The notes beneath the pieces are model-generated. The model was not told where the DNA came from. It did not search any database and worked only from the letters and a program-made list of their open reading frames with translations. A program made the position numbers and the translations under genes. Source: a virus. Taken from it: DNA of 64,000 nucleotides. The stretch covers positions 128,098 to 192,097 of IMG/VR virus record IMGVR_UViG_3300045974_000166; one strand, given 5' to 3'. Positions within the stretch are counted from its first letter, which is position 1, and each line of letters begins with the position of its first letter. Below, in pieces: positions 25,935 to 32,920 of this stretch.

Positions 25935-26010
25935 AGCCTTGTATTCAATCGTAGTTGAAACCTCTCTCATAAAGAGGATATAGGCGGTTAGACTCCGTCC
26001 TAGGCCACCA
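25935..26010 (+). tRNA. tRNA(CAT), Met or Ile2
   Basis: loop CTCATAA, A1:C72 mismatch, CCA. Confidence 0.8.
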
Positions 26011-26011
26011 A

Positions 26012-26386
26012 ATACTAAGTTGTTTGCTAGTAGTAGAGTAGATGGAAACCGAGCCGGAAAGATGTTCCGGTCTTCACAGAAATGTGACAAACGATAAGCA
26101 AAGTCGGTCCAGTAGGGAGTCGAAAGCAAACAATGGCGGAAAGACCTGCCGAGGACAGAAGTTAAGATCATACACAGACGGCCCACATGGTACCGACTGG
26201 CAATTCGATCCTAACGCCGTGTATTCCTTCCCAAATTGAATCAAGTGGAAAGCAAGAGCCACAAAGTAAATGTTAGATGATCATGGCTGCTCGGTCATCT
26301 TTGCTGTGATACACGGCGTCAGTTGTCCGCAAGGGTAGCAATTGAGAAACAACGGGGTAAGAATCCCAACTAAGAGTATGCCTCCA
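26012..26386 (+). ncRNA. candidate large structured RNA, about 375 nt
   Basis: long-range helices 26214-26224/26309-26319 and 26102-26108/26192-26198, terminal stem, GGG-GTAAGAAT-CCC, ends CCA. Confidence 0.6.
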
Positions 26387-26392
26387 ATTTTC

Positions 26393-26467
26393 ACCGCGTT
26401 CGACTTCTGGTGAGGTCAACAGCCTTTCAAGCTGTGTAGACGGGCTCGAAACCCGTACGCGGTACCA
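26393..26467 (+). tRNA. tRNA-Glu(TTC)
   Basis: loop CTTTCAA, T-loop CTCGAAA, CCA. Confidence 0.9.
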
Positions 26468-26470
26468 ACA

Positions 26471-26520
26471 TTTGAAGACGCCAAGGTTACCTGCACCATA
26501 ACGGCAAGCAGGACTTCAAA
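26471..26520 (+). ncRNA. small stem-closed element B10
   Basis: TTTGAAG/CTTCAAA with inner CCTGC/GCAGG. Confidence 0.35.
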
Positions 26521-26528
26521 TTCAATTC

Positions 26529-26602
26529 GCCTATGTAGCTCAATGGTAGAGCAATCGACTGATAATCGATCGACGAAGGTCCGATTCCTTACGTAGGCAC
26601 CA
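26529..26602 (+). tRNA. tRNA-Ile(GAT)
   Basis: loop CTGATAA, CCA. Confidence 0.92.
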
Positions 26603-26607
26603 AATAT

Positions 26608-26685
26608 GAGGCGTGAGCTAGTGTGGTCATTCAGCGACGGTCTGAAAAGCCGTAGAACAAGGTCCGATTCCTTGACGCCCCACCA
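26608..26685 (+). tRNA. tRNA-Phe(GAA)
   Basis: loop CTGAAAA, CCA. Confidence 0.9.
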
Positions 26686-26692
26686 AAGTTAT

Positions 26693-26785
26693 GGAGATGT
26701 GGTCGAGTCTGGTTTATGGCAACGGTCTTGAAAACCGTCGGGGACTAACCCTCCCCCGTGAGTTCGAATCTCACCGTCTCCGCCA
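26693..26785 (+). tRNA. tRNA-Ser(TGA)
   Basis: loop CTTGAAA, long V-arm, G73, CCA. Confidence 0.93.
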
Positions 26786-26793
26786 AAATTTAT

Positions 26794-26867
26794 GCACTTA
26801 GAGCCGGTTGGATAGGCAGCGGATTGCAAACCCGTGTAACTCAGTTCGATTCTGAGTAGGTGTTCCA
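26794..26867 (+). tRNA. tRNA-Cys(GCA)
   Basis: loop TTGCAAA, U73, CCA. Confidence 0.92.
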
Positions 26868-26873
26868 GTATTT

Positions 26874-26947
26874 CTCGGTATAGTTTAATAGTAGAATTTA
26901 TGCTTTGGGAGCATGGGATGGGGGTGCGATTCCTCCTACCGAGACCA
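26874..26947 (+). tRNA. tRNA-Pro(TGG)
   Basis: loop TTTGGGA, C1:G72, A73, CCA. Confidence 0.9.
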
Positions 26948-26953
26948 ATTTAA

Positions 26954-27030
26954 CAGTATGTGGTGACAAGTGGACGTCGACTAGTTTTGGAAACTAGAAT
27001 ATATCGGTTCGAGGCCGATCATACTGACCA
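26954..27030 (+). tRNA. tRNA-Pro(TGG), second copy with A37
   Basis: loop TTTGGAA, C1:G72, A73, CCA. Confidence 0.85.
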
Positions 27031-27131
27031 TTTTAAGTAAGACATTCGGGTTGACCACAAGGCCACGTGCCAAGGTAAGGTGTCTGAAGTATAAGCAACA
27101 GGTTTGGTCATGCTTATGCACGAAAAAGTTT

Positions 27132-27209
27132 TGAGTAGTTACAGCAATTAATAAAATCTGGCTGAGGGTTTCGATTTCCCTCTTTAATCAAAAAGTAGAT
27201 CACTACTCA
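27132..27209 (+). ncRNA. Y-RNA-like element Y3 with T-arm cargo
   Basis: TGAGTAG-TTACAGCAA ... GAGGG-TTTCGATTT-CCCTC ... CTACTCA-GTT. Confidence 0.6.
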
Positions 27210-27219
27210 GTTATATTAC

Positions 27220-27294
27220 CTGCCATTCGTATAGTGAATAATACAACTTTCTTCTAAAGAGTGAACGGGAGTTTGATTCTCTCATGGCGGACCA
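27220..27294 (+). tRNA. tRNA-Arg(TCT)
   Basis: loop CTTCTAA, CCA. Confidence 0.88.
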
Positions 27295-27318
27295 AAGATC
27301 ATTAAGAATAAAAATAAC

Positions 27319-27326
27319 TATAAATA
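27319..27326 (+). promoter_or_regulatory. T4-type late promoter
   Basis: TATAAATA 8 nt before tRNA-Gly. Confidence 0.6.
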
Positions 27327-27334
27327 GTAAGTAT

Positions 27335-27408
27335 GTGGGGTTAGTTAAATGGTAGAACCAAACGTTGCCAACGTTTAGACACGGGTCCGATTCCCGTACC
27401 TCACACCA
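27335..27408 (+). tRNA. tRNA-Gly(GCC)
   Basis: loop TTGCCAA, CCA; A73 atypical. Confidence 0.88.
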
Positions 27409-27413
27409 AATTT

Positions 27414-27488
27414 GCTCTCAAAGCATAGACAGCGATGCAGGGGTCTTGTAAGCCTCAGAGTAGGGCGCAAGTCCTTATGGGAGCACCA
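27414..27488 (+). tRNA. tRNA-Thr(TGT)
   Basis: loop CTTGTAA, T-loop CGCAAGT, CCA. Confidence 0.88.
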
Positions 27489-27493
27489 AATTA

Positions 27494-27567
27494 CGCAGGT
27501 AGTGTAGCCAACAATCCTCTCTCATAAGGACGGATCATCGGAGGTGCGAATCCTTCACCTGCACCCA
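27494..27567 (+). tRNA. initiator-like tRNA-Met(CAT), degenerate D-arm
   Basis: C1:A72 mismatch, loop CTCATAA, CCA. Confidence 0.7.
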
Positions 27568-27592
27568 TTTAATCATAGAAAGGCATCATATC

Positions 27593-28156
27593 ATGAATAG
27601 GTATCCATTAGTGCTAACACTAGATTCTGCAGGTATTCCGCAGAGATGGTCTACCTGGGAAGAAGGTGTCGTGGCAAAATACAAAGGCGTTATCGCTTGG
27701 TCACTTGGTGAAGAAACCATCTACCGGGGCGGTAACTCAAGACTTACTGGCGAACAATCAACCGTAGCAGTTCCATCTATTATTGCTATTCGATCTATGG
27801 GTCGTACAAAGAACCGAGCAGTGCCACTTACAAACAAGAATTTGTTTGGGCGTGACCGGAACATTTGTTGTTACTGTGGTACTCATGTGAAAGATCATGA
27901 CGCTACACGTGACCATATTGTTCCGTATGCTAAGAAAGGTACGAACGTTTGGATGAATGTTGTTACTGCATGTAAGCCTTGCAATAACTATAAGGATGAC
28001 AAAACTGTAGAACAAGCTGGGCTAGAGATGCTATATGCACCTTATGTCCCAGATCGTGCAGAAGCTTTGATTCTTGCCAACCGTAACATTTTGGCAGATC
28101 AAATGGAATTCTTATTGGCACATTTGCCTAAGCATTCTCGGGCACGACCACATTAG
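27593..28156 (+). CDS. HNH endonuclease (McrA/HNH_5-like)
   Basis: NLFGRDRNICCYCG, TRDHIVP, NVVTACKPCNNYK. Confidence 0.92.
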   Translation: MNRYPLVLTLDSAGIPQRWSTWEEGVVAKYKGVIAWSLGEETIYRGGNSRLTGEQSTVAVPSIIAIRSMGRTKNRAVPLTNKNLFGRDRNICCYCGTHVKDHDATRDHIVPYAKKGTNVWMNVVTACKPCNNYKDDKTVEQAGLEMLYAPYVPDRAEALILANRNILADQMEFLLAHLPKHSRARPH

Positions 28157-28245
28157 GGGTGTGGGCAGGATGGTAATGCAGCGGTTTGCTAAACCGTAGA
28201 GTCCCTCAAAAGGCTCACAGGGTCCGATTCCCTGACACTCCGCCA
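28156..28245 (+). tRNA. tRNA-Ser(GCT)
   Basis: loop TTGCTAA, long V-arm, G73, CCA. Confidence 0.92.
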
Positions 28246-28250
28246 ATTTT

Positions 28251-28362
28251 AGGATCAGTTCAGCATTTAATATACCAAGCAGCTTGTTGTGAGTTCGATT
28301 CTCACCTTCCGAGTAATCGGTTGTAGTTCAACGGTAGAACAGCCGCCAATTAAAGTGATCCT
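28251..28362 (+). ncRNA. Y-RNA-like element Y4, YrlA-type circularly permuted tRNA module
   Basis: AGGATCA-GTTCAGCA; T-arm GTGAG-TTCGATT-CTCAC; acceptor closed by CCGA-GTAA-TCGG; TA-GTTC-AACGGTA-GAAC D-arm; TGATCCT. Confidence 0.8.
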
Positions 28363-28373
28363 GCTAAATATAC

Positions 28374-28449
28374 TGGGGGTTTGTCATTTGGTAATGACAC
28401 TGCGCTTTGACCGCAGGAAAGTCGGGTCCGATTCCCACACCCTCTGCCA
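28374..28449 (+). tRNA. tRNA-Gln(TTG)
   Basis: loop CTTTGAC, G73, CCA. Confidence 0.88.
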
Positions 28450-28484
28450 ACATTATTGATTTTTAACTAGATGGAGTACTCCAA

Positions 28485-28637
28485 ATGAAAGATAGAAGTG
28501 TGAAACATAAAGAAGCCCTGAGCCGTAACACGGAATGGGCAAAACTTTCCCCTACTGAGCAATTAGCTCAACTGGATAAGTTGGGTTTGGTAGCAACCAA
28601 ACAGCGAAAGAAAATTGCTGCTAAAATGGCAGCTTGA
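28485..28637 (+). CDS. 50-aa basic hypothetical protein
   Basis: read by hand, GGAG RBS. Confidence 0.65.
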   Translation: MKDRSVKHKEALSRNTEWAKLSPTEQLAQLDKLGLVATKQRKKIAAKMAA

Positions 28638-28644
28638 GATATAC

Positions 28645-28718
28645 AGGTGGTTGGTGTAATGGCAACATTGCGGTCTCCAAAATCGTCGATCGGGGTTCGA
28701 GTCCCTGGCTGCCTGCCA
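28645..28718 (+). tRNA. tRNA-Trp(CCA)
   Basis: loop CTCCAAA, G73, CCA. Confidence 0.9.
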
Positions 28719-28731
28719 AGACAATTTAGGT

Positions 28732-28804
28732 GTGGCCTTATCATAAAAGTAATGACCTAGGCTGTGAACTTAGTTAAGAGGGAGCATTACCCTCAGGTCA
28801 CCCC
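28732..28804 (+). tRNA. tRNA-His(GTG), no encoded CCA
   Basis: loop CTGTGAA, C73, T-loop AGCATTA. Confidence 0.8.
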
Positions 28805-28816
28805 TAAATTGTTTTT

Positions 28817-28893
28817 GCGGATGTGGCGAAATTGGTAAACGCAGCGGTCTTAGAAGCCGTAGGCTGTGGGTTCGAGTCCCACCATCCGCACCA
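28817..28893 (+). tRNA. tRNA-Leu(TAG), short variable arm
   Basis: loop CTTAGAA, Leu-type D-loop, A73, CCA. Confidence 0.9.
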
Positions 28894-28970
28894 AAATTTA
28901 CGGGGAGCAACTAATCATTGCCGCTATATGTCCATACCCCGTGGGTATAGTGTTTCCCTGTAAAACTTAC

Positions 28971-29045
28971 ATCTCTGTAGTACAACGGAAAGTATCTAAG
29001 TTTGCGAAACTTAAGACGGTGGTTCGACTCCACCCAGAGGTACCA
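28971..29045 (+). tRNA. tRNA-Arg(GCG)
   Basis: loop TTGCGAA, CCA. Confidence 0.85.
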
Positions 29046-29061
29046 TCATTAAAGGAAAATC

Positions 29062-29250
29062 ATGAAAAAACTTATCGCTCTCATTACATTGGCTTTTGCC
29101 TCTACCGCTTTTGCTGCTGCTTCGGCACCTCGCGTACATGTACAACTCAAGGTTGCTCAGCCACCAGTCCAAGCAGCTGTTAATGAAACAAAACTAAAGC
29201 AGCGTGCTGCTAAGTTGGCCAAGGCCAAGGCTAAAGCCGCTTCTAAGTAA
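29062..29250 (+). CDS. small secreted Ala/Lys-rich protein
   Basis: signal peptide MKKLIALITLAFASTAFA, AAAGGA RBS. Confidence 0.75.
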   Translation: MKKLIALITLAFASTAFAAASAPRVHVQLKVAQPPVQAAVNETKLKQRAAKLAKAKAKAASK

Positions 29251-29321
29251 GAAGTACTCCGACACAGATACTGTATCTCGTCTGTGTTGGGGAGGGTGGA
29301 ATACAGCCACCCGAGAGATAC

Positions 29322-29398
29322 GTCCATGTAGCCGAATTGGTATAGGCACCTGTTTCAAAAGCAGTCATCTGTGGGTTCGAGTCCCACCTTGGACACCA
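29322..29398 (+). tRNA. tRNA-Leu(CAA), short variable arm
   Basis: loop TTCAAAA; paralogue of the 24607 tRNA; CCA. Confidence 0.82.
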
Positions 29399-29408
29399 AC
29401 CAAATTAT

Positions 29409-29483
29409 GCGCGGGTAGCTCAGAGGAAGAGCAACTCTTTTACACGGAGAAGGTCGAGATTTCAAAATTCTCCCTGCGCACCA
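29409..29483 (+). tRNA. tRNA-Val(TAC)
   Basis: loop TTTACAC, CCA. Confidence 0.88.
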
Positions 29484-29491
29484 AAACATTA

Positions 29492-29566
29492 GGGTCGTTA
29501 GTACAACGAATAGTATCATTGTCTTCGAAACAATAGATAAAGGTTTGACTCCTTTACGACCCCCCA
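29492..29566 (+). tRNA. tRNA-Arg(TCG)
   Basis: loop CTTCGAA, C73 atypical, CCA. Confidence 0.85.
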
Positions 29567-29571
29567 ACATC

Positions 29572-29646
29572 GCCCAGTTATTTCAGTGGTAGTAATAAAT
29601 CTTTGGTAAGGATTAGACGGGGGTTCGATTCCCCCACAGGGCACCA
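29572..29646 (+). tRNA. tRNA-Thr(GGT)
   Basis: loop TTGGTAA, CCA. Confidence 0.88.
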
Positions 29647-29652
29647 AATAAA

Positions 29653-29737
29653 GCGAATGTGGCGTAACTGGTAGCCGCGCTAGTCTAAGAAGCTAGTGGA
29701 GAAATCCGTGTCGGTTCGAGTCCGACCATTCGCACCA
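29653..29737 (+). tRNA. tRNA-Leu(AAG), A34
   Basis: CTAGT-CTAAGAA-GCTAG, long V-arm, A73, CCA. Confidence 0.88.
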
Positions 29738-29743
29738 TATTAA

Positions 29744-29772
29744 TGTACACATACTTCTGAGTATAGTATAAT
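29744..29772 (+). promoter_or_regulatory. early promoter variant
   Basis: TGTACA-17-TATAAT. Confidence 0.7.
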
Positions 29773-29798
29773 GAACTATCTAAATTCAAAAGATTGTC

Positions 29799-30158
29799 AT
29801 GCTTTTAACATCTCTTATTGTCAGTGTTCACCTTTTAAGTCTTCACGATGCGCCTGGATTTCAGGCCGTTACTCCCGGACTTAGTATTCGTGAACCCGAA
29901 ACTGGTTTGACTGTTGGGATACTCAAAAATTCCGAAGGCGGAGATTCAGTATTCGCCGGCAAACTTATGGAACACAAAAACTATGGACTATTCATTGGTG
30001 CAATCACAGGATACAAATCTGCATCTGTGCTCCCAATGGTTGTCCCTAGTTACAAAATTAACCTAGCCAATGATGTTAATCTGCGGTTTAGTTATTTGGC
30101 CAAGGTTAACTCCAATGGCGCAAATGCAATTCACTTTTCAATTGAAAAGAAATTTTAA
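29799..30158 (+). CDS. small exported beta-rich protein, possible outer-membrane barrel
   Basis: hydrophobic N-terminus, TPGL, GAITGY, C-terminal Phe. Confidence 0.6.
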   Translation: MLLTSLIVSVHLLSLHDAPGFQAVTPGLSIREPETGLTVGILKNSEGGDSVFAGKLMEHKNYGLFIGAITGYKSASVLPMVVPSYKINLANDVNLRFSYLAKVNSNGANAIHFSIEKKF

Positions 30159-30173
30159 TCAAGGAAAATCAAA

Positions 30174-30194
30174 ATGAAAACTAGTAAACGCTAG
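30174..30194 (+). other. mini-ORF MKTSKR with two AAA codons
   Basis: AAGGA RBS; ATG AAA ACT AGT AAA CGC TAG followed by a hairpin. Confidence 0.45.
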
Positions 30195-30256
30195 TGTCAT
30201 TACTCAACCCCGTGTAGGTTCTGTGATGGCACGTAAAAGAAATTTTATACACATCA

Positions 30257-30331
30257 CCACCCTAAACTTTGATAGTGAAGTCCGGCCTCTTAAGCCGAGA
30301 GAACTCAGTGCAATTCTGAGAGAGTGGACCA
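30257..30331 (+). tRNA. tRNA-Lys(CTT)
   Basis: loop CTCTTAA, T-loop TGCAATT, CCA. Confidence 0.85.
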
Positions 30332-30336
30332 TACAC

Positions 30337-30410
30337 GGGGTTGAAACTTTAAAGTGAAGTACCGGTCTTTTAAACCGGCTAATTCGGAGCGTTACCGAAC
30401 TACCCTACCA
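30337..30410 (+). tRNA. tRNA-Lys(TTT)
   Basis: loop CTTTTAA, T-loop AGCGTTA, CCA. Confidence 0.85.
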
Positions 30411-30505
30411 TATCTAAATACACTATCGTTTGATCAACGACGCTTGGAGCTACCGGAACAGCATGCACCGGGTGAGGTTCGATTCCTCTAGTGTATTTAG
30501 ATATG
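30409..30505 (+). ncRNA. long-stem element B11 with tRNA-like cargo
   Basis: 17-bp CATATCTAAATACACTA / TAGTGTATTTAGATATG; inner GAGG-TTCGATT-CCTC. Confidence 0.6.
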
Positions 30506-30579
30506 GTACAGTAGCATTAAGATAATGCAACATCTTCATACGGTGTCCTAAGTGGGTTTGATTCCCACCCGTACCACCA
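30505..30579 (+). tRNA. tRNA(CAT), Met or Ile2
   Basis: loop TTCATAC, CCA. Confidence 0.85.
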
Positions 30580-30610
30580 AATTTGTCTACTATATTGTCA
30601 CCGTTAAGCC

Positions 30611-30643
30611 AAAAGCCAAGATGTTAATTCGTCTTGGCTTTTA
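30611..30643 (+). terminator. intrinsic terminator ending the RNA array
   Basis: AAAAGCCAAGA ... TCTTGGCTTTT. Confidence 0.7.
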
Positions 30644-30839
30644 AAGTATCTGAAATATGTATTTCAATCTATATCAGAGGTAATATAGTGTACTATGTAC
30701 GGCACCAGACCAAAAAAATCGACCGTTTTCTTATAAATACACAACAATGGGCTCACAAGGAACATTGTTCCTCCCATGTGGTTGTGAATACTTTACAACC
30801 ATTGAATGGGCAGGATATTAATTCTAAAGGAGAATTAAA

Positions 30840-31532
30840 ATGGCAGATATCGTAACAGGTTCAGTAACTGGACAATTGGACGTAACATCATTAATCGAAG
30901 GTCACTCAGACATTCGTCGTGAATCAGCACACCAAAGTGCTGACATTCGTAGAGAAAATGCTAAGGAAGCATCGGACGTTATTGATCAAATCAAGACTTC
31001 GGCATGGGCAAATTCTGACCGTACAGGTACAGAAGCTGACCGCGTTGTTGCTCAAGAAACAGCATACTTCATTGCTGGTCAATCTCAAAACTTCTCTAAT
31101 GCAACCGCACTAGCAGCTCTAAAAGCTGGCACTGACATGCAGTTTGCAAACACTCTTGCAGCTATCAATTCATCTGCTCAGCAAGGTCAAGCAGCAACTG
31201 CTCTTGAAGGTGCTAAAAACGCTGCAGCAACAGCCCTAGGTCAAGCAAACATTACTAATGCAATTGCTACCGATGGTAATGCTACTCGCTCTTTGATCAA
31301 TTCATTGAAGATGGACGAATTGAATCGTGTTCTTGCAGAACGTCAAGCTGAAATTATTGAATATCGCGGTGACTCTCGTCACTACAGAGATGGTGTAAGC
31401 AACTTGCAATCAGCAGCATTGTCAAATCAAATCAATGCTCTACATAGCCAATTCCAAGCCGCTACTCAAAAGACTGTGAACTTTGGAACAATGGGTGCAA
31501 ATACAAACACATCCTCAAACAATGTAGCATAA
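30840..31532 (+). CDS. hypothetical Ala/Asn-rich coiled-coil protein
   Basis: AAAGGAG RBS, 230 aa. Confidence 0.85.
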   Translation: MADIVTGSVTGQLDVTSLIEGHSDIRRESAHQSADIRRENAKEASDVIDQIKTSAWANSDRTGTEADRVVAQETAYFIAGQSQNFSNATALAALKAGTDMQFANTLAAINSSAQQGQAATALEGAKNAAATALGQANITNAIATDGNATRSLINSLKMDELNRVLAERQAEIIEYRGDSRHYRDGVSNLQSAALSNQINALHSQFQAATQKTVNFGTMGANTNTSSNNVA

Positions 31533-31553
31533 AGCTATCTTATTATGATTTAT

Positions 31554-31586
31554 AGGGTGGGAGAGAAATCTCCCACCTTTTTTTTG
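31554..31586 (+). terminator. intrinsic terminator
   Basis: GGTGGGAGA-GAAA-TCTCCCACC then T run. Confidence 0.85.
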
Positions 31587-31595
31587 GTATAAACT

Positions 31596-32720
31596 ATGAT
31601 AATATTGTCATTAAATACTTGTTCTATGGCCAACATAACTAATATCATGAAACCAACTATTCTATTCATTCTCAAACGTCGCGAAGATTACGACCAAGAG
31701 AAACATTCACCACAGGGTTTGAGCACTGGCTTGTACAATTCTGCTTCATTCATGAGAGATATGCTACTTGCTGTCGGTGTAGATGCACGACTAGAAGTTG
31801 CAATTGATAACAACTGTATTGATCGCCTAGTAACAAAGCATAAACCAACTCATGTGATTATAGAGGCTCTTTGGGTAGTACCTAGTAAATTTACAATTTT
31901 ATCTCAACTACATAAATCTGTTACTTGGATAATTCGACTACATTCAGAGTTGCCATTTTTGGCCGGGGAAGGTATGGCAATGGATTGGATTGGCGACTAC
32001 TCAAAGTATCCAAACATCATTATTGGTATTAATGCCCCACGACTTATGGAAGAAGTAAAAGTATATCTGCAGATTAAGAATAATTTGACAGATGAAGAAC
32101 TTAAAAAGAAAGTTGTCTATCTGCCGAATTACTACCCACAGAACTATGTCAGAAAAGAATTTGATAATAGTAAAGAAACAATAGATGTTTGTTGCTTCGG
32201 AGCTGTAAGACCTTTCAAGAACCACATGATTCAGGCAATTGCTGCACTGAAATTTGCCAAAGTACTTGGTAAGAAATTAAATTTCCATATTAACTCTGGT
32301 CGAACTGAGATGAAGGGTGAACCTGTACTAAGTAATCTCAGAGCAATGTTCCAGCATCTATATGATCAAGGCCATAGTCTTACAGGTCATGAATGGACAC
32401 CTCGAGAAGAATTTTTAAAAACTTGCGCATCTATGGACATCGGAATGCAAGTATCATTTTCAGAAACTTTCAATATTGTCGGTGCCGACATCGTCAGTCA
32501 GGGTGTTCCTCTAGTTGGGTCAATTGAAATTCCATGGATGTCTACTCAGTGTACAGCTACGCCACAAAATCATGATGAAATTGTAAATACACTACTGCGT
32601 TCTTATGACAATCCTCAGGCAAATGTAAAAAATAACCAACAATTGCTAACCCATTATACCAACAAGACTCAGAAGATCTGGGTAAATTATTTTACACATG
32701 GGGTGACATATGCATTTTAA
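31596..32720 (+). CDS. GT-B fold glycosyltransferase, GT4-like (start probably about 31647)
   Basis: FGAVRPFKN, MQVSFSETFNIV, GVPLVGS. Confidence 0.7.
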   Translation: MIILSLNTCSMANITNIMKPTILFILKRREDYDQEKHSPQGLSTGLYNSASFMRDMLLAVGVDARLEVAIDNNCIDRLVTKHKPTHVIIEALWVVPSKFTILSQLHKSVTWIIRLHSELPFLAGEGMAMDWIGDYSKYPNIIIGINAPRLMEEVKVYLQIKNNLTDEELKKKVVYLPNYYPQNYVRKEFDNSKETIDVCCFGAVRPFKNHMIQAIAALKFAKVLGKKLNFHINSGRTEMKGEPVLSNLRAMFQHLYDQGHSLTGHEWTPREEFLKTCASMDIGMQVSFSETFNIVGADIVSQGVPLVGSIEIPWMSTQCTATPQNHDEIVNTLLRSYDNPQANVKNNQQLLTHYTNKTQKIWVNYFTHGVTYAF

Positions 32721-32901
32721 AGTACAATTATTTTATTACATCAACGAAATTTTAGAAATTTTTCATGTTAGATATGATGATTTAGTAGAAGCTATTAAAT
32801 ACGGTAATAAAAAGTCGTGTCATTCTTTCAAGGTATACGACAGTGATGGATGTTTACATCATGATTCGAAAGATCATGGCCAACACGATCACTATGTCTA
32901 A
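32710..32901 (+). CDS. hypothetical protein
   Basis: overlapping tandem ORF. Confidence 0.6.
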   Translation: MHFKVQLFYYINEILEIFHVRYDDLVEAIKYGNKKSCHSFKVYDSDGCLHHDSKDHGQHDHYV

Positions 32902-32902
32902 A

Positions 32903-32910
32903 TATAAATA
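32903..32910 (+). promoter_or_regulatory. T4-type late promoter
   Basis: TATAAATA. Confidence 0.7.
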
Positions 32911-32920
32911 AGGTCGCAGT

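Noticed and set aside
26012-26386. RNase P RNA or group I intron
   Set aside because: I could not find the P4 signature (GAGGAAAGUCC) or group I P7 core; a formal Rfam scan is still needed.
22495-27000. Short six-frame ORFs across the RNA array (22965, 23531, 25160, 25537, 25905, 26042 and others)
   Set aside because: They overlap tRNAs or structured RNAs, lack RBS and have no protein-like features.
29322-29398. Opal suppressor or Sec tRNA (TCA) reading
   Set aside because: Alignment with the 24607 paralogue fixes the loop as TTCAAAA (CAA); the TCA register breaks the anticodon stem.
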